From: Nemertoderma westbladi
Taxonomy: Eukaryota > Animalia > Xenacoelomorpha
Assembly: GCA_032718475.1 (NCBI GenBank)
Contig: JAUCBJ010009041.1
Location: forward strand, 62,001 to 126,000
Length of the DNA: 64,000 bases
Reading direction: 5' to 3'
A model generated the notes under the pieces. That model saw only the letters and a program-made list of their open reading frames with translations, searched no databases and was not told where the DNA came from. The position numbers and the translations under genes are program-made. Shown here in pieces: positions 26,016 to 36,633 of this stretch (position 1 is its first letter; each line of letters begins with the position of its first letter).

Positions 26016-27083
26016 ATGGCCTTAACGCAAAAAACCGGAGCAACAAATAGCTGGAAATTTACTTACAATAAATATACTTGTACCGTCGTTCACAGCAAGT
26101 ATTTTATTGTGGAATCTCAGGAGGACAACGAATCAATTTGTTTTTCCCATCAAGATACCCGCTATTTGTTAGACATTCTAGAAACAACCAACAACAACAA
26201 CCAACATCAATCCAGACCAGCAATTATACCAGGTAGGATATATCCCACTCCTCGTTTTGCGCGGGGAAATTTGAATATTTCCATCAACCCCACATCGGGT
26301 GATGTTTACGTTCAGAAACAAGGCAAATGTAAAGTTCTCAACAAAGCTTTTACTGAAGTTCTAATTCAATACAGAGGGAAATTATTGCAATTTCTCTCTC
26401 CACCGCTAGAGATTATTAGCGATCAATTCTACATTGAATTATCAAATCCAGAGTTTATTGGATTTGTAACAGCTTTTAAAGGAACCAACTATGTTGGCTT
26501 ATGGAAAATCAGCCTCAGATACACTGATAGTGTTGGTTTTAACTATTGTACGGGTTTCAATTTGTCAAAACAGGAACTAACTGTTTTGCTGCGAGAGTGG
26601 GACAACCAAGTCGCTGAAACAGACAAGCATCTTTTTGATAAAAATATCATTCAATTATCAGACCGTCTCAAAATGATTAAAACCAATAATAAAAAAATTA
26701 TTATCACCAACACCGATAATTCTACGGAAGTAGGCGCCGGCGGAAATTCTATCGAGTTGCATTACTTGAATGATAAAGCCCATATTAGTTTTCTCAAAGA
26801 ATCGCTGGATGGCGTTTCTCTTACTGAAGCCCACGTTGACGGCTTTGTCCTTTTGGATAAACCTAAAGCGTTCGTAGAGATCCCATCACCTAATCCGGAT
26901 GTTGAAGAGAGCTGCTCTCAACCGCAACAGGTCTTTCCCGAAATATTACCTCGGAAGCCAAGATCATCGAGTAAATTTACCAACACATCACCTGCAAAGA
27001 AACAGAAAGTTGTCAGTAACCCAGTTCTAGTAGAGCCTGTTACTAATTCTCCATGGAAACCAGATTATTATCCTAACATGTAA
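26016..27083 (+). CDS. 355-aa protein with PC4-like (ssDNA-binding/coactivator) domain(s)
   Basis: FIGFVTAFKGTNYVGLWK...TGFNLSKQELTVL resembles PC4 YVSVRDFKGKVLIDIRE...KGISLNPEQWSQL; weaker similar units elsewhere; C-terminal PAKKQK resembles an NLS. Confidence 0.55.
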   Translation: MALTQKTGATNSWKFTYNKYTCTVVHSKYFIVESQEDNESICFSHQDTRYLLDILETTNNNNQHQSRPAIIPGRIYPTPRFARGNLNISINPTSGDVYVQKQGKCKVLNKAFTEVLIQYRGKLLQFLSPPLEIISDQFYIELSNPEFIGFVTAFKGTNYVGLWKISLRYTDSVGFNYCTGFNLSKQELTVLLREWDNQVAETDKHLFDKNIIQLSDRLKMIKTNNKKIIITNTDNSTEVGAGGNSIELHYLNDKAHISFLKESLDGVSLTEAHVDGFVLLDKPKAFVEIPSPNPDVEESCSQPQQVFPEILPRKPRSSSKFTNTSPAKKQKVVSNPVLVEPVTNSPWKPDYYPNM

Positions 27084-27266
27084 GCCTAATCATAAGTTAA
27101 ACTCTTTGCGGTTTCCAATAGTCATAAGCGATTGGTGATTGGTTTAAAATTATTTCCCTTGCTAGCATATAAATGTTTAGATGTAGTCAATATCATATCA
27201 TTTCATTTTATTTTAATTTTTGGAGATATTTTATTATTATTATTATTTATCTAAACAAACTTCAAC

Positions 27267-30200
27267 ATGGATAAAATAACAATATGTTGTTCATTCTGTC
27301 ATATGAATGTAACTAGACATAATTATTTACGCCACCTACGGTCACATTTTGAAGGTTATTCTTGTTTAAAGTGTCATGTCGTGACTTCATGCAGCGAAAT
27401 TTGTAAACGACATGAAACGACTACTGGTTGTAAAGAAATGCAGTTCCGTACCTATCAATTAACTTGTTCTACCTGTAATAAAGAGTATACATATGACGAT
27501 TATCTACGACACGACTGTCACTTGAAATGTTACTACACAAGAAAGCGTAAATTTTCGCAACATAAAAATATAATATCCAGAAAAAACTTAAGGGTGGCTC
27601 TTGGCACATGCGCAACAATTTTTACGAGGGAACAAGAAGCTCACGATAATCGTCTTGAAATTTATGTCCACGACCTCCCAACTTCTAGAGATTATCCCGA
27701 TGTAGAAACAGCAGTAACACAAATTCGAGGTAATATTCTTCAGTTAATATTAGACAGATTGAAAGAAATGAATGTTCTTAGACTGTGGTTAGGTCTAAAT
27801 GTATTAATGTACAGATCACATTTTTCACAAGGTGAGCAATTGGAAACCTTTTATTTTAATTCTTCTGGTGGTGCTATTAATACTGTAGATTTGCCGCAAA
27901 GTTTTGACACATGGTTTGAGTATGTTCTGGAAAATATATTACAAAAAATAGCTATCTTTAACACACGTGGTTCGGGGTGGCGTATTAAATCTTTATTAAG
28001 GGTTGAAATTAAATTAGCTGAATCTAAGTGTAGGTCGTTACTATATAAGGGGCATGGGTATATGGAATTACCTAAAGCTCTATCAGGTAAACGATGTGTT
28101 ATAAATGTACAATCGGCTGATAATAACTGTTTTAAATGGGCAATTATATCCGCAAAATTTAGTAGCAAAGTGAAAGATCACAAATATCGTACTTCATCGT
28201 ACAAAAATTATATGAGTCATTTCATTTTTGACAATGGGAAAAAAGATTATCCAACGCAGTGGCAGTTAGCTATTAAACTTTTTGAAAAACAAAATTCAAA
28301 ATATATAATTAATTTATTATGTTGGAATAACGACAACAAACGCACCCCCGTATCTATATTAAGACAACCTCCGTTTAGTAAAATTACACCTGATAAACAG
28401 TTATTAAATATATTACTTGTAGTAAAAAATAACAATGTACCTAAACAGAATCATTATGTTTGCATAACTAACTTGAATCGATTGCTGAATACGAAAGCTC
28501 TTCATATCCAAAATAGGAAATATTGCGAAAGGGGTTTGGCTCATTTTTTTCGAGCGGAAGTTCTTCATCAACACCGTCTTGCGTGCTACCAAGGAAGAAG
28601 ACAGCGTGAGAAACTACCTAATAAAAAAAGAACACACATTAGTTTTACAAATTTAGATAGAACCTTATCCCCATTGTTTGTCACCTACTTTGATATAGAA
28701 TGTATCTTACAACCGTCAGTTAATAATCAAATTATACAGGAGCATATACCGTGTGCTGTGAGTTATTTAATTGTTCCCAATACTGAATTAATTGATGCTC
28801 CAAAATGTCATTTGAAAACATTTGTAAAGACAAATAATAATAATTGTATTCAAGATTTCTTAGATTCATTATATACTGATATAACTGAATTATGTTGTTG
28901 GACAGACATATACACTCATAAAACCATGTCATTTACTAATATTGATTTTGTAAATTTTGAACAAGCAAAATTTTGTTTTTATTGTAATGTTACTTTAAAT
29001 AATAATGTTGGGAAAAACAGACACCATTCACATATTACAGGTAAATATATTGCGGCAACCTGTAATAGTTGTAACCGAAGTTTATAATTGAAGCGATACC
29101 TGTATGTACTTTGCGGACACAATTCCAACAACTATGATATACATTGTATATTACAAAGCGGATTTAGAGATAAGAAATACACTGATTGGGATATAAAGGT
29201 TATACCGAGAAATACAGAACGATATATTTCACTGAGTGCCTTTATCCCAATTAAAAACACTTCTAAGAAAATTGAGTTACGTTTCTTAGACACATATCAA
29301 TTTTTCAGCTTTTCTTTAAGTAATTTAGTTGAGTGTTCAACAAAGGATGTAGCCAGTCATGATATAAGCTCAATTTTACCTATTACTCTACAAGAAATGA
29401 AATATTTTTATCCAAACTTGAATAACTCAACGATTAAACGGAAAGGAGTATTTCCATACGAGTACTTGACAGATATAAATAAATTTAATGATACTGGTTT
29501 GCCGTCTATAAATAATTTTTTTAGTAACTTAAGTCAAAAAACATGCACAATTGAAGATTATAGGTTTGCGGGAATATCATGGGTAGAATTCGACTGTGTG
29601 AATCTCAAAGATTATCTTTTAGCCTATTTAAAACTCGATGTTTGTTTGCTTGCCGATATATTTGAGAATTTTAGGAATGTTTGTAAACAAAATTACGATT
29701 TAGAAGCGGTTTTTTACTGCAGTATCGCGTCATTTACCTATGATTGCGCACTAAAATATAATAAATGTAAAATAGAATTAATAAAGGATTATCAGACATA
29801 TAGAGATTTTGAAAAATCAATTAGGGGTGGTGTTTCATTTTGTCGAAAACATTATATAGAATCAAATATACCAGGTACAAGTACATATGATTCTACTAAG
29901 GAAGAATGCCATATTTTTAATATTGATTTTAACTCTTTATATTCTGGGAATTTAAGTAAAAAACTACCCACCTCACAATTCAAAGAAGTAAGTATTAAAC
30001 ATTTAGAGAATGCAATACCAGAAAAACTAATCGAGTACTTGGTAGATTTAGACATTGAGGGATCTACTGGATATTTTTTAATATGTGATTTAAATTATCC
30101 CAAGGCTATTCACGATCAAACATTACAATTACCGTTAGCCCCCGAGCATTTAAGTATAAATGAATCAATGCTTTCACCTTATATGCGGGAACAATTTAAT

Positions 30201-31325
30201 AACTTGTCTATACAAAGAGATACCTCCCGTAAATATAGAATGTCTATACCAAAACTCATGCTGACACAATTTGATAAAGAGTTTTATCATTTACATTTGA
30301 AACTATTAAAATTTTATATAAAACATGGATTAATTGTTACTAAACTACATAAATTATATTCTTTTCAACAAGAATTTGTATTTAAAAATTACATCGATTT
30401 TAATATTAATCAAAGGCGACTGGCAAAAAGTTATATTGAAACAGCTGTCGCGAAATTGCTCAATAATTCGCTGTTTGGCAAATCAATAGAGAGGATACGT
30501 GACCGATGTAACTTTCGTATCGCAAATAGCAACGATAAATGCGATCAATTGGTAAATCGTATTAATCATGAACAATTTATAATATACAATAATACACTAT
30601 CGGGACATTTATTAGTGAAAGACTCTGTAACTCTCGATAAGCCTATATTTATTGGTAGCGCTGTGTTGGACTTGGCTAAATTGGATATGTATGATCTGTA
30701 TTACAATAAATTGCTACCTATTGAGAAAGAATTAAACTGTCGTATTGAAATTGCTGCATCAGACACTGACTCATTGATAGGTTGTTACTATAATACATCG
30801 CAGAATAATTTTTTAAAAGCATTAATTAAAAATAATATTTTAGATACATCCAATTACCCTAAGGATCACCCGCTCTACAGCGATAAAAATAAATCCAGAC
30901 TCTATTACTGTAAAGACGAACTAGCCTCACGTGAAATTAAACAAGCAGTATTTTTAAGACCAAAATTATATTCAATTTTGGAATGGAATAATAAAAATAT
31001 TCGTAGAGCAAAAGGTATTACAAGAGCTGTTGTGGAAACGAATATTACACATGAAGAATATTTAAAAGCATATAACTCAAATGAAGAAATAAAAAAAAAC
31101 ATACACAGATTTCAAGCTAAATTACATCGTATTTATACCTTAAAGCAAAATAAATTTGCACTCAGTAGCTTTGATGATAAACTTTATTGGCTTAATAAAA
31201 ATCAATCGCTTCCTTGGGGGCACTATAAAACAAACCTCAAAAAACCTATAAAAATATCAAATATACCAATTTATGAAGAACCAAAAGACGACAGTGTTGA
31301 TGATGAATTATCAAATAGTAAATAA
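27267..31325 (+). pseudogene. pPolB: Protein-primed family B DNA polymerase (Polinton type), ~1352 codons, interrupted by one in-frame TAA at 29085-29087
   Basis: ORFs 27267-29087 and 29088-31325 are contiguous and in frame. N-terminal Zn fingers, GSGW, DNNCFKWAI...NHY, ExoI YFDIEC, EndoVII-like CxxC..HHSHITGKY..CN insert, ExoII HNSNNYD, KGVFPYEY, ExoIII YLKLDV, Pol motifs DFNSLY, KLLNNSLFGK, DTDS. Confidence 0.93.
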
Positions 31326-31854
31326 AAATATAAGTTGTAAGCAGATTATTTATGGACTTAATTTGAAAGAATTAAAAAAGCAATTGAATGGTAAAATTGT
31401 ACTCAAACCTAATCAGTTTATATATAAGGTATTTGGTGCAACCATATTAATGTTTAGAAACGGACGAATAACAATTCTCGGTAGAAAATATAATTTTAAT
31501 AAAGTGAAAAAACATATATTAGAAAAAACAAACATTAATTTGATTTTTAAATCAATCAATTTGTGTACTTATATTTTTAGTATCGATACTGTAATTTATA
31601 GGTTACTTATAAATAATATCGGGTTTTATGTTATATTTGATAATGTTAAACTAGAAATTTCATACGACCCTGAAATATTCAATAACTGTAAAGTCAGAAT
31701 AAATAATATTGTTGTTGTTTGCTGTTTCTACACTGGTAAATGTACATTAATGTGTTCCCCGTTTAAATTTCATATATATTATCCTATTTTCAACAAGCTG
31801 GTTAATAATTTATTATTGTTTGGTGTGGGGGTTTTTGATGTAAAATATAATTAG
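31273..31854 (+). CDS. Divergent TATA-binding-protein-like protein (start may be the ATG near 31300)
   Basis: Two TBP half-repeats: YQIVN...LNLKEL...ATILMFRNGRITILG (TBP: LQN...LDLKTI...TTALIFSSGKMVCTG) and FKSIN...IYRL...SYDPEIF...VVVCCFYTGKCTL (TBP: FKIQN...IRL...SYEPELF...IVLLIFVSGKVVL). Length fits a TBP core. Confidence 0.8.
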   Translation: MKNQKTTVLMMNYQIVNKNISCKQIIYGLNLKELKKQLNGKIVLKPNQFIYKVFGATILMFRNGRITILGRKYNFNKVKKHILEKTNINLIFKSINLCTYIFSIDTVIYRLLINNIGFYVIFDNVKLEISYDPEIFNNCKVRINNIVVVCCFYTGKCTLMCSPFKFHIYYPIFNKLVNNLLLFGVGVFDVKYN

Positions 31855-32205
31855 TACCGGTACGAGTGAAATTTATTGTTGTTGTTGTTGCTGTTTGGTG
31901 GTGGTGGAGATTTTTACTGTAAAATATATATATTAAATTGAAGGGAGAAGAAATTTATGAATATTTTTTTAAAATCAACAACTAGTTTGAGGAGGGAAAT
32001 TAACTTCAGTAGTACGATTGTTTCTTGTAACACTCAAGTAGGCATAGTATACTCAGCAGCCGCGGCTAGCTAACTTGGCATTGTTGCTCACGAGTGAGCC
32101 ACAATAGCGCATCTGTTACTTATGAGTGTGCGTGTGTACAGCAGGCAACGCTAAGCTCGGTGAGAAAAGATTAGGGGTATGTGCTGATATTCATAGTCAA
32201 AGACG

Positions 32206-32433
32206 ATGCCATCCTATCTGTTACTAGTCTGTATACCGGTACATATCATTAAAACATCCGCTATGCATCTCCCTACATTCAGAATAGAACAACGACCAGA
32301 GCATATATCGGTAATCCGCATGGGAAAGGTTTATGTTATGCATTTTGTTAACTATGAGAATTTTGTAATGTACACATCTGCGACCCTCTACAAAAATATA
32401 TATAAACTCAATTTTTCTGACAGTGAACTATAA
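32206..32433 (+). CDS. Small ORF of unknown function; possibly the 5' part of the following gene
   Basis: Same strand as the island genes; no recognisable motif. Confidence 0.3.
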   Translation: MPSYLLLVCIPVHIIKTSAMHLPTFRIEQRPEHISVIRMGKVYVMHFVNYENFVMYTSATLYKNIYKLNFSDSEL

Positions 32434-32544
32434 TTTTGTTAAACAAAAGAAGAAAAAAATATCAGTAGGCCTACCTATTCAATTTAAAGATACTCTTTCC
32501 GGTGCCTAGTTACTACGACAACGATAACTTACCTCAATACGAAC

Positions 32545-32967
32545 ATGACATTCGCCTTTTTCAATAACCGTGAGTTGACGAGTTGTATCAAAATCGAATT
32601 GCAATCAAGCGACGAAACATATCTCACAGCATCCAATATTGCTGAGATGGAGTTGCGATATATAAACAAAAAATTTGAGATCGGGTTTACTTCGATGGAA
32701 TATGGAGTAGGTCAAGTAGGTGGTCTACATTTATCGCCTACAACGCTTGAAATTTCAAAAGATTTCTCGCTTGTTATAAAAATACAACCATCGCGAATAT
32801 CGGGAAGCTCACCCTCTTGCGAAAATTGGGAGAATGATGTTGATGACTCGCTTCACTTCAATATACCAACACAAAGACCGGTAGAAGTTAGCCAGCCTAT
32901 AAACAACCATTTACAGGTACCGGCAAGGGAGGAAACTCTACAGAGTGACCCGCATATAGGACTATAA
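32545..32967 (+). CDS. 140-aa ORF, putative paralogue of the C-terminal part of the 26016 ORF
   Basis: MELRYINKKFEIGF...GLHLS aligns by eye to IELHYLNDKAHISF...GVSLT of the 26016 ORF; both end in a polar, proline-rich tail. Confidence 0.45.
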   Translation: MTFAFFNNRELTSCIKIELQSSDETYLTASNIAEMELRYINKKFEIGFTSMEYGVGQVGGLHLSPTTLEISKDFSLVIKIQPSRISGSSPSCENWENDVDDSLHFNIPTQRPVEVSQPINNHLQVPAREETLQSDPHIGL

Positions 32968-33926
32968 AAGGTATAGCCTAATACAGTAATAAATTTAGGG
33001 TTGTTGTTATTGTTATTGTTAGGCCTATCAGTTATTGTTGCTTATAAAACTTAGTAGACCGAATCTATTTTATATATAATTAAAAAAAAAAAAGCGAATA
33101 CATAAATAAATTAACTATGTTTTATATAGGCCTCCGTCAACATAGAGTGAATGTTAGTAACAGAGAATGTGGTGGATTTTATATAGGCTTAGTTAGGTAT
33201 ACTGCGGGCCACACCTATTGTATCTGCGTGGAGCCATTATATGACTGGTTGAATGATGGGGTTCCTGACTAAAAGTTAACGGTATAGCATACAACATAAA
33301 GTGAATGTTGAAAGTTAGTAACAGAGAGTGTGAGGGGATTTTATAGGTCCAATAGCGCTACCGGTACCTAACTACACCTATTGTGTCTGTGAGGTAGTCA
33401 GCTTTCAGTTGAGGAGTAGTCATTAGGCCTATATGCCTAACTGAATGAAGGTGTACCTTACCTATCCGTAAACCATATTGAGTCAACATGCGAAAAAGGG
33501 CCCCGCATAAAGTTAACTATAGCTGTATAGGCTTACCTATGCAACAGTAGCACGCAGTAATGTAGATTAGACCAATTAAAGTTGTAAACAGAAAATTGGA
33601 AGCATTCAAGTGTAATAGCCTAATCCTTAAATCAAAGAAACCAGCATGCTCTTGCACTATCCAAGTATACAGGTACAAGAGTGCTACCGTGCCGGTACCA
33701 GTAGGCCTATTGTTAGGTAGGCCTCCTCTAATGCTGTATTCACGAACCCACATGTCGACTTAATTTAATTTTATTATTAGTAAGTACAGTACCGGTAACG
33801 CTAAAGCTCTGTGGTTGCTGTCGGGGGCCATTCTGTCGTTCTACAGTTTAGCGTTGTTGGCATATGTAGTTAAACTCTGATACAACCGCCGGCTACCGGT
33901 AGGTGCAGGGTGTGTGTGAGGGTGTG

Positions 33927-34039
<113 letters not shown>

Positions 34040-34162
34040 CTTAAGTCCTACACCTTTAGTCAAACTGAGATATAAAAAATAGATTTTAATGTTTTTATTA
34101 TTTTATTGACATTAAAACAATTATATTATCCCATCACATTACATTACATGCTTAGAGTAAAC

Positions 34163-34759
34163 CTACAGTACATCTTCCACCGCAGTTATTTCTTTCTGTT
34201 TATCATCATCAGTCGCAGTTAAACGCTTTCTCATGAAAAAGTGTAGAGCCTCATACCCGCCAACACGTTTTGCTGAGCAGTATCGCAGACAGTTATCCCT
34301 TATGTTTAAGTGGAACGCGCATTTACTTTCCATTGTAGTGAATCGGTCGTGAAATCGACAAGGTGTTAAATAATCGTGATATTGCTTATATATTCCCAAT
34401 TTCTCCACCAAATTTGGCTCGAGAACATCGAGTTGGGAAACTAATATTGCCCGTTTCAGCAACCCAAATACATGAATATTTTTTTTATATTTTAAATGTC
34501 TCTTCATATATTTTTTAAAGTCATCTTGAGAAATGTCCCCGTAGTCCCAGGGCAAGTGAGAAGTCATATCCCGTAAATTGTTTACGTGAGCTGCATCTAA
34601 AGCTGATAACTTAATATTAGACGGGCCTTTAATTAAAAACGTCTTTACATTAGTTTTGGTGTAATTAGAATCGTATATTGCAAATTCTTTAAATACTACC
34701 GTATACTCTTTATTGTCTATCTTATAATATTGAAAATCAACAAAAATAATATTATCCAT
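34163..34759 (-). CDS. DEDDh/DnaQ-fold (Maelstrom-like) protein of the kind found as an accessory ORF in invertebrate Polintons
   Basis: IIFVDFQ...VFKEFAI...FLIKGP...LPWDYGDI...IHVFG..K...C..H...C pattern: N-terminal DxQ strand, KE motif, WxxG, C-terminal Cys/His cluster. Confidence 0.6.
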   Translation of the reverse strand: MDNIIFVDFQYYKIDNKEYTVVFKEFAIYDSNYTKTNVKTFLIKGPSNIKLSALDAAHVNNLRDMTSHLPWDYGDISQDDFKKYMKRHLKYKKNIHVFGLLKRAILVSQLDVLEPNLVEKLGIYKQYHDYLTPCRFHDRFTTMESKCAFHLNIRDNCLRYCSAKRVGGYEALHFFMRKRLTATDDDKQKEITAVEDVL

Positions 34760-35359
34760 TTTATCTGATAAACAAAAGTTAAATAATTAATTACAAAGTT
34801 TGTTGGTTTAATTTATAATAATTAACAAGCCATTTATATAATATAACTTCATTGATTTCTTTTTTTTAAATTTTTTTCAAATTTTTTATTTTTTTCGAAT
34901 TCGCGGGTTGACTAATTAACCAAAAATAATTTATGCAATTATTTATTTAAATGCAAAGGCTTTTTAGAGGGATGGTCATCAAGTGCCAAAAATTTCATCA
35001 TTTGTGCACAATGATATCGTGAATGGATCCTATTACCAGAATTTTGATAGATGCCTCTGTTCAAAATTTATTTAAAAAAAAAACGATTTTTTGCCGGATT
35101 TTTGACAGATTTCGCCATTTTTGGCCAAAAATTGACACTTGACACATTTTGTTATATATTTCAGCTATAACAAAGAAAATAAAAACAGAGGTAATAGGGG
35201 GTCGCCAAATAATCATTCATGCCAAATCTCAAGAATTCGTTAATTTTTAGAAAAGCCTTTGCGTTTTGAAATTAAAATTTGCATTCTTCATAAAACGCAT
35301 TTAAAGTTTATGCTTAGGGTAATTCTGTCCAATGAAATGTTAGAATGCACACAACCGCA

Positions 35360-35960
35360 CTGAAAATTTTATTGCAAGGGTTTTCCGGGTCGGTGATTTC
35401 ATTTCTAAAGTCAGTTTACTCATTTGACAGAGTCAAGGCTGTCTGTCATTGCTGTCTGTCTGTCCGTCGAAATATAACCGACAGCTGAACAGAGAAACAG
35501 ACAATGTGAATGACATCAAACACGAAAACTGACATCGGAAATGAAAATTTTTAGCTAGTTGGTATGCATTCCTATTACTTTGACAGACAGATCGCTGGAC
35601 AGACAGAAAAACCGATAGACAGACATAGTAGGTTTTGTTAATAGTGTAAATTGACATCGGAAATGAAATCAGCAACCAGGATTACCCCCATAACAAAACT
35701 TTTATCTAGTTGGAATGTTTTCCTTATATTTTGACAGACTGGCAGACGGACATACAGACAGACCGACAATAAGAGAGACAGACTGACAGACAGACATAGA
35801 GACAATAGTTTTAGTTAAAAGTGAAAACTGACGTTTGGAATGAAATCAGCGACCAGGTAAACCCCCATAGCATAACTTTTAACTAGAAATAATGTTTTTG
35901 TTATATTTTGACAGATAAACCGTCAGAAACACAATGCCAGACAGACAATTTTCACAGAAA
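35360..35960. repeat. Degenerate repeat element with (GACA)n tracts and internal direct/inverted subrepeats
   Basis: aactgacatcggaaatgaaa-like motif at ~35525, 35648, 35825 and inverted at ~35395-35418, interspersed with gacagaca. Confidence 0.55.
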
Positions 35961-36633
35961 TTTACCCAGAGTAAATCAGAGCAGAGCATCATCACTCATA
36001 ACTTTTGAACTACATTAGCTATTAACAAACGGTTTGAAGTTTTGAAATCCTCATAAAAATCTGCACTAGAGGGGATTGTAATCAAACATTGATTTTCTGA
36101 ATTAGTAAACCCCCCCCCCCCCCCCCCCCTAACACGTGCGATGAGCCATTTCAGTATAAATTTTGAAATCGAAACTGGAAACCGTTTTATTTCACTACGA
36201 GTACCATGATGCAACCTTTAACTCATTGTATTATGTTTTATGACAAGCTGATGTTACTGTATTGTATTATTTTGAAGTTTGACTTGAAAGGCGCTATATA
36301 AGTAAATTTATATTACTATTAATATTACTGATAATGAAAGGGGCGGTGGTAATTAAAAACACGATAACACCCTAATTTAAACATTAAATTGAGGTTGTTT
36401 AGGGTATATTTAAATCATTTTACTGATATCTTAAACTTCGCACATGTTATTGAGACTTAGAGTTAAAATATAGTTCGATAAACAGTAATTTCTTAGAGTG
36501 AAAATATAACCTAATAGGTAATATTGCATAATTCTTACTTACAGTTCTATAAAGATTTCATAAAGTGAAAATATTAGGTATATTGCATAAGTTCGAGAAA
36601 AGCTACAAAGTTCGAGTTTGTAATACAAGTTAA

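Noticed and set aside
27267-31325. Alternative genetic code (TAA as sense) explaining the split polymerase
   Set aside because: Only one internal stop in ~1350 AT-rich codons, and neighbouring ORFs terminate normally at TAA/TAG.
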